DNA from: an uncultured Acidimicrobiia bacterium
GTDB taxonomy: Bacteria; Actinomycetota; Acidimicrobiia; Acidimicrobiales; AC-14
Assembly (NCBI GenBank): GCA_963836205.1
Contig: CAWIIV010000015.1
Location: 128,001 to 192,000 of the forward strand
Reading direction: 5' to 3'
DNA: 64,000 bases
Shown here: positions 59,606-64,000 of the stretch, piece by piece
How the letters are laid out: each line of letters begins with the position of its first letter
Position numbering within the stretch: position 1 is the first letter of the stretch
Notes under the pieces: model-generated
The model's input: only the letters and a program-made list of their open reading frames with translations
Database searches by the model: none
Told to the model about the DNA's origin: nothing
Position numbers and translations under genes: made by a program

Positions 59606-60986
59606 TCACCGGTAGTCGTTGATGCGCAGCTGGTAGCCCCACAGGGCGGCCACCAGGGCTCCGAGGACGAGGAGCAGGGCGGCGGTGGGGACGCGGGACG
59701 TGCGATCGGCGGCCGTCTCCAGCCCGGCCAGGAACTGGCCCCGGCTCTGGCCCAGGACGGCCTCGACCGAGAAGTTGAACCCGTTGAACTCGGCGTTGGA
59801 GCGGCCCACGGCGATGGCCCGGGCATCGGCCGGGGACGAGGCGGACCGCAGGGCGGCCACCGTGTCGCGGTAGCGCTGCCAGCGCTCGGCGACCTCGGCC
59901 ACGGCCGCCCGGGACCGGGGCGTGGCCGACGTGGTCGCGGCCTGGCCCGAGGAGGCCGCCCGGGGCGCCTTCGGCGGTACCCGCCCGGATGGCGGCCGGC
60001 GACCCCGGGCGTGACCCCGCCGGAACCGCCACCGTGCGACATCTGGGCGTCAGCGCCGCCCGCTGGTTGGAGTTGCCGGTGACCAGGGCGAGGGTCTCGT
60101 TGGCCTTGGCGCCGAAGCCCGCCGTCTGGAGCTGGGCGGTGAGGGCGATCGAGTCGTATCCCTGGCGGCGGGCGTCGCGGATGGCGCTCCCGCTCCCCCG
60201 CTCGGCCAGCACCAGCCAGACCAGGGCCGCGGCCAGGGCCAGGGTGCCCACCGCCAGGGGGAGGTTCACCAGCCGGCGGCTGGTCTTGGCCACCTGGGCC
60301 TGGCCGAAGCCGAGCACGGCCAGCCCCAGGGCGACCACGACGAGGGCGACGATCCATCCCTGGGTCCGCCGGCCCTCGTCCTGGCGGAGGCGCTCCTGAG
60401 TGGCGGCGGTGAGGGCGGTGAGGTCGTCCTGGACGATGGCATTGCCCAGGCTCACGCTCTGCACCAGGTAGTCGCCGGCCTCGGCCACGCCCGCCCGGTT
60501 CGACGCCCGGGCCGCCTCCACCAGGCCGGCGTACGTGCTCACCCGCACCGACACCCGCTGGAGGAGGTCGTGCACGCCGGCGTCGTCGCCCACCCGGGCC
60601 GCGATCTGCTCCATCTGCTGCTCGGCCCGGGCCAGGGCCTGCTCGTAGAGGCGGCGCTGCTCGGGGTCCTCGTCCCGTCCGCTCAGGAAGGCGGCCGTCT
60701 GGGCCGCGTCGGCCTCGGCCAGGCTGGAGACGAGCTGCTGGGTGGCCACCAGCACCGGGCCGCTGTTGGTGCGCACCCGGTTGGTCGCCCCCCGCATCCG
60801 GGCCGCGGAGGCGGTGGCCGCCACCGCCGCCAGCACCAGCACCACCACCGCCGCCAGCGACCACAACCGGTAGCGCCCGGGCGTCGACCCGCTGGCCGCC
60901 CGCAGCCGCTCGACGGTGCGGGCCACCACGTTGCCGCCCGCCGGCGGGGGCGGGTCGGGCGACCGGGCGGGGGTGAACGTGGTCAC
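59606..60986 (-). CDS. GlnX-like 4-TM membrane protein; frameshift(s) at ~59930-60040
   Basis: STPGRY, SLAEADAAQTAAFLSG, Y.GLVEAARA.NR.G, RRLVNLPL; C-terminal G..LRINDYR in another frame. Confidence 0.7.
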
Positions 60987-61765
60987 GGGTTCTGGCGGAT
61001 GGTGATCGAGGTGAAGGCGCCCACCAGCAGGCGGTCGCCGTCGTGGAGGACCCGGACCACGCCGGGGGCGATGGGCTCGTCCTCGTCGTTGATCCACGTG
61101 CCGTTGGTGGAGCCCACGTCGACCACGGCCCACGATCCGTCGGCCTGGCGCTGGAGGGCGGCGTGGCGGCGGGAGACGGCGGGGTCGTCGACCGGCGACG
61201 AGAGGTCGATGTCGGGGAAGTAGCCCTTGGACTCGCTGCGACGGCCGATCGACATCTCGTCCCCCACGAGGGGGATGTCGCGGGGCACGAGGGCGTCGGG
61301 GAAGGTGACCACCCCGGCGGTGACGTTGCCGTCGAAGAAGACCCGGTCGGCGCCCACGAGCGCCGTCCACCCCGACGGGACCGCTGCCGGCATCACGGTG
61401 GTGCCCGAAACCGATGGGGTACCCGCGGCTACGGGGACTGCGCCTGAACCACCGGGGGCCGGCGGGGGGATGGGGGTGGGGTCGGGCGGGGCGGGCATCT
61501 GGCCGCTGACGAAGTCGAGCCCGCACACCTCGCAGAACACGTCGTCGGCGGAGCGGGGGGCGCCGCAGAAGTAGCAGGTGTCGGACGGTGCGCCGTCCGA
61601 CGGGTCGACGGCCGACGGCGGGATCGGCGTCGGATCGACGGCCGCGGCCGCCGCGGAGGCCGTCCCCGCCGCGGCCGGGCCGGCGATGGCGGCGCCGCAC
61701 GTGTCGCAGTAGTCGCTGGTGGCCGACTCCGACCCACAGGTGGCGCACGGGTAGGTCGTGGTCAT
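60983..61765 (-). CDS. FHA-domain protein with two N-terminal zinc ribbons
   Basis: CATC..CDTC, CYFC..CEVC; IGRRS, DPAVSRRHA, DVGSTNGT. Confidence 0.9.
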   Translation of the reverse strand: MTTTYPCATCGSESATSDYCDTCGAAIAGPAAAGTASAAAAAVDPTPIPPSAVDPSDGAPSDTCYFCGAPRSADDVFCEVCGLDFVSGQMPAPPDPTPIPPPAPGGSGAVPVAAGTPSVSGTTVMPAAVPSGWTALVGADRVFFDGNVTAGVVTFPDALVPRDIPLVGDEMSIGRRSESKGYFPDIDLSSPVDDPAVSRRHAALQRQADGSWAVVDVGSTNGTWINDEDEPIAPGVVRVLHDGDRLLVGAFTSITIRQNP

Positions 61766-63094
61766 GACTGGTTGGCTCCTTCGTCGGGGTTGGCGGCCGG
61801 GGGTGGACTGGCGGGGGCGGCGGCGCCCTTCTGCACCCGCACCGTCCGCGTCGACCGGGTGTCGAGCTCCATCTCGTCGAGGGCGTCGACCTCCCGCCGC
61901 ACCCGGACGGTGCCGGTGTCGGCGTCCTCCACCTCCACCACCTTGCGCAGCAGCTTCACCGTCCCGTCATTCCCCGATTGGGTGGCCAGCTGCACCGCCC
62001 GCCCGAGCTTCACGGTGGCGGTGTCGATGTCGCCGTCCTTGCGGGCCTGCAACCCCTCCTGGATGGCCTGGGCCAGCTCCGCCTGCCCGGTGTAGTGGGC
62101 CACCTGGGAGTTGATCCTCGTCGACAGGGCCTCGTCGTCGGTCCACACCGCCCGCACCAATCCCTGGGACACCGGATCGTCGCCCACCATGAGGCTGATG
62201 CGGGCCGCCAGCCGCTCGTCGCCCACGGCCGCCGGCAGCACGTCGACGCACACGTGGTAGTCGCGGGTCTCGTCCCCCGACCAGGCGCCGGTGGGATAGT
62301 CGTTGGTGAGGGCGTTGACCGGTGCCGCCTTGGCCGTGATGTCCTCCACGCTGGGGGCCACCTGGCGGACGAAGCGCACGGTGGAGCCCTTGGGCGACCA
62401 CATCCGCAGGCGGACATCGGCCACCGACTTGCCCAGGGCCCGCTCCAGGAACGCCTGGAAGTCGTCGTCCATCTCGTCCGGCTGCTTGATGATGTCGACC
62501 TCGCCCAGCAGGCCGGAGGCGATGTGGCGCAGCTCCTCCACCTCCCAGTCGGCGCCCGACGCCGCGGGTGTCGCACTGGTAGACGCCCGCGGCCCGGGCG
62601 ATGCCGCCGTCGAGGTCGTCGCGGGTCTCGCCCTGGTTGATCCCGTCGGTGAGGAGGTAGGCCAGGCGGATGGCGCCGGCGTGGGGCGTGAGCAGCTCGG
62701 TGGTGCGGTCGAGCCAGGTCGACATGGCCGTGCCCCCGCCGGCCCGCAGGTGCTCGGCCGCTTGGGCGCCCTGGCTCCGGGTGTGGTCGTCGGCGGCGAC
62801 CAGCCCGCCCTCGTCGGGATAGGCCAGGCGCCCGTGCTCGGTTCCCGCCACCAGGGCGAACAACGTGCCGTCGGGCAGGAGGCGGATGGCAGTGGCCGCC
62901 GCCCGGCGGGCAGCCCGGATCTTGGTGCCGGGGACCTCCATCGAGCCGCTGGTGTCGACGATCAGCACCACCGCCTTGTCGGTGGTCCCCGGCCCGGCGG
63001 CGGCGTCCTCCCCGGTGACGGTGACCACCGCGTTGACCTCGGTCGCCCCCTCGGGCAGGAACTCGTTCTGGTACACGGACGCGGAGAAGCTCAT
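61762..63094 (-). CDS. vWA-domain protein; frameshift at ~62555
   Basis: VYQNEFL, IVDTSGSM, GGTAM, LLTDG; extra G in GTCGGGCGCC; C-terminal TGAW..ETRDYH, HYTGQAEL and STRTVR. Confidence 0.85.
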
Positions 63095-64000
63095 GCGGCG
63101 GGTCCTTTCGAGGCGGGACGGGGAAGGTCGACCAGCACGACGGTGATGTTGTCGCTGCCGCCGGCGACGTTGGCGAAGTCGACCAGGCGGCGGGCGGTTG
63201 GCAGGAGGTCGGTGCGGTCGCCGGCGGCGGCGGCGGCCACGTCGGCCGCGGTCTCGGCGTAGTTCCAGAGGCCGTCGGAGCAGAGCAGGAGCCGGCCCCG
63301 GCCGGGGGCGGTGAACGACGACAGCCGGGCGTCCCACGAAGGGTCGGCGTCGGCGCCCAGCCAGCGGGTGATCACGTGCGCCCGGCGGTCGGCGTAGGCC
63401 TCCTCCGCCGTCATGGTCCCGGCACCGATGACCTCGGCCGCCCACGAGTCGTCGGTGGTGAGGGTCTCGGGCTCGCCCTCGGCCGGCAGCCACATCGACC
63501 GGCAGTCGCCCAGGGTGGCCAGCTCGACCTGGGCCCCGTCGACCACCGCGGCCAGGAACGTGCACGACGGGGCGCCCAGGCGGGGGTCGGGCACCCACGC
63601 CAGGGCCAGGACCGCATCCCGGGCGGCGGCGTAGGCCGCGGGAAGGGCGCCGGCCGCGCCGGGGTCGGCCACCAGCACGGCCAGGGCGGCGTCGGCCGCG
63701 GCCTGCGACGCGGCGTCGGGGTCGACGGTCGTGGAGACGCCGTCGCACACGACCGCGACCACCCGGCCGTCGTCGGTGACGGCCATGGCGAAGGCGTCCT
63801 CGTTGCGGTGGTGGCGCTTGCCCCGGTCGGTGACGGCCGCCATCCCGTCGGCCTCCGCCTCCATGTGGTCGCGGGCCGCGGGCTGCTTCAATCCGCAGAC
63901 GCCGCAGTACCCCTCGACGATCTCCACCCCGGCCGCCCCGCACGACGGGCAGGGAGCGGCGAACGTCGACGCGGTCGGGCACCGAGAGGCCCTGGTCGTC
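63091..64000 (-). CDS. PP2C-family Ser/Thr phosphatase with N-terminal zinc ribbon (5' end outside window)
   Basis: YCGVCG, TDRG..H.RNEDA, VCDGVS, GDCR, LT.DDSW, ITRWLG, CSDGLWNY, GGSDNITV. Confidence 0.88.
   Translation of the reverse strand, partial: TTRASRCPTASTFAAPCPSCGAAGVEIVEGYCGVCGLKQPAARDHMEAEADGMAAVTDRGKRHHRNEDAFAMAVTDDGRVVAVVCDGVSTTVDPDAASQAAADAALAVLVADPGAAGALPAAYAAARDAVLALAWVPDPRLGAPSCTFLAAVVDGAQVELATLGDCRSMWLPAEGEPETLTTDDSWAAEVIGAGTMTAEEAYADRRAHVITRWLGADADPSWDARLSSFTAPGRGRLLLCSDGLWNYAETAADVAAAAAGDRTDLLPTARRLVDFANVAGGSDNITVVLVDLPRPASKGPAA

Overview
High-GC actinobacterial chromosome segment, most likely class Acidimicrobiia (inferred from GC content, gene order and leaderless genes). 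Positions ~25.3-56 kb are a conserved core run, mostly on the minus strand: pyrG-nudF-[insert]-ald-xerD-dksA-like-gluABCD, trpS, scpA-scpB-rluB-[vapBC]-aroH-tyrA-aroA-cmk-plsC-[ECF/anti-sigma, ispH]-DUF512-der-SpoIIE phosphatase-L,D-transpeptidase-tRNA-Pro(GGG). Positions 1-25.3 kb, downstream of the tRNA, are accessory. They contain a 1492-aa NACHT/STAND NTPase with a C-terminal PD-(D/E)xK nuclease, a low-GC GT2/4-TM gene, dinB with a LexA box, a signal-less thermolysin-like protease coupled to a ComEC-type MBL hydrolase (the best candidate for an undescribed system), an ECF41-like sigma with two matching promoters, and a coupled vWA-lipoprotein/membrane protein/OmpA-lipoprotein operon. An insert at ~48-53.7 kb holds a secreted repeat protein with hypervariable loops, decayed extra repeat units and a complete IS256 with a 9-bp target duplication. 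The right end is a PP2C-vWA-FHA-GlnX-like-PotD-like-decarboxylase operon. Several genes, including cmk and ald, carry single-base frameshifts that look like long-read errors. All calls come from reading motifs by eye; no database searches were run.
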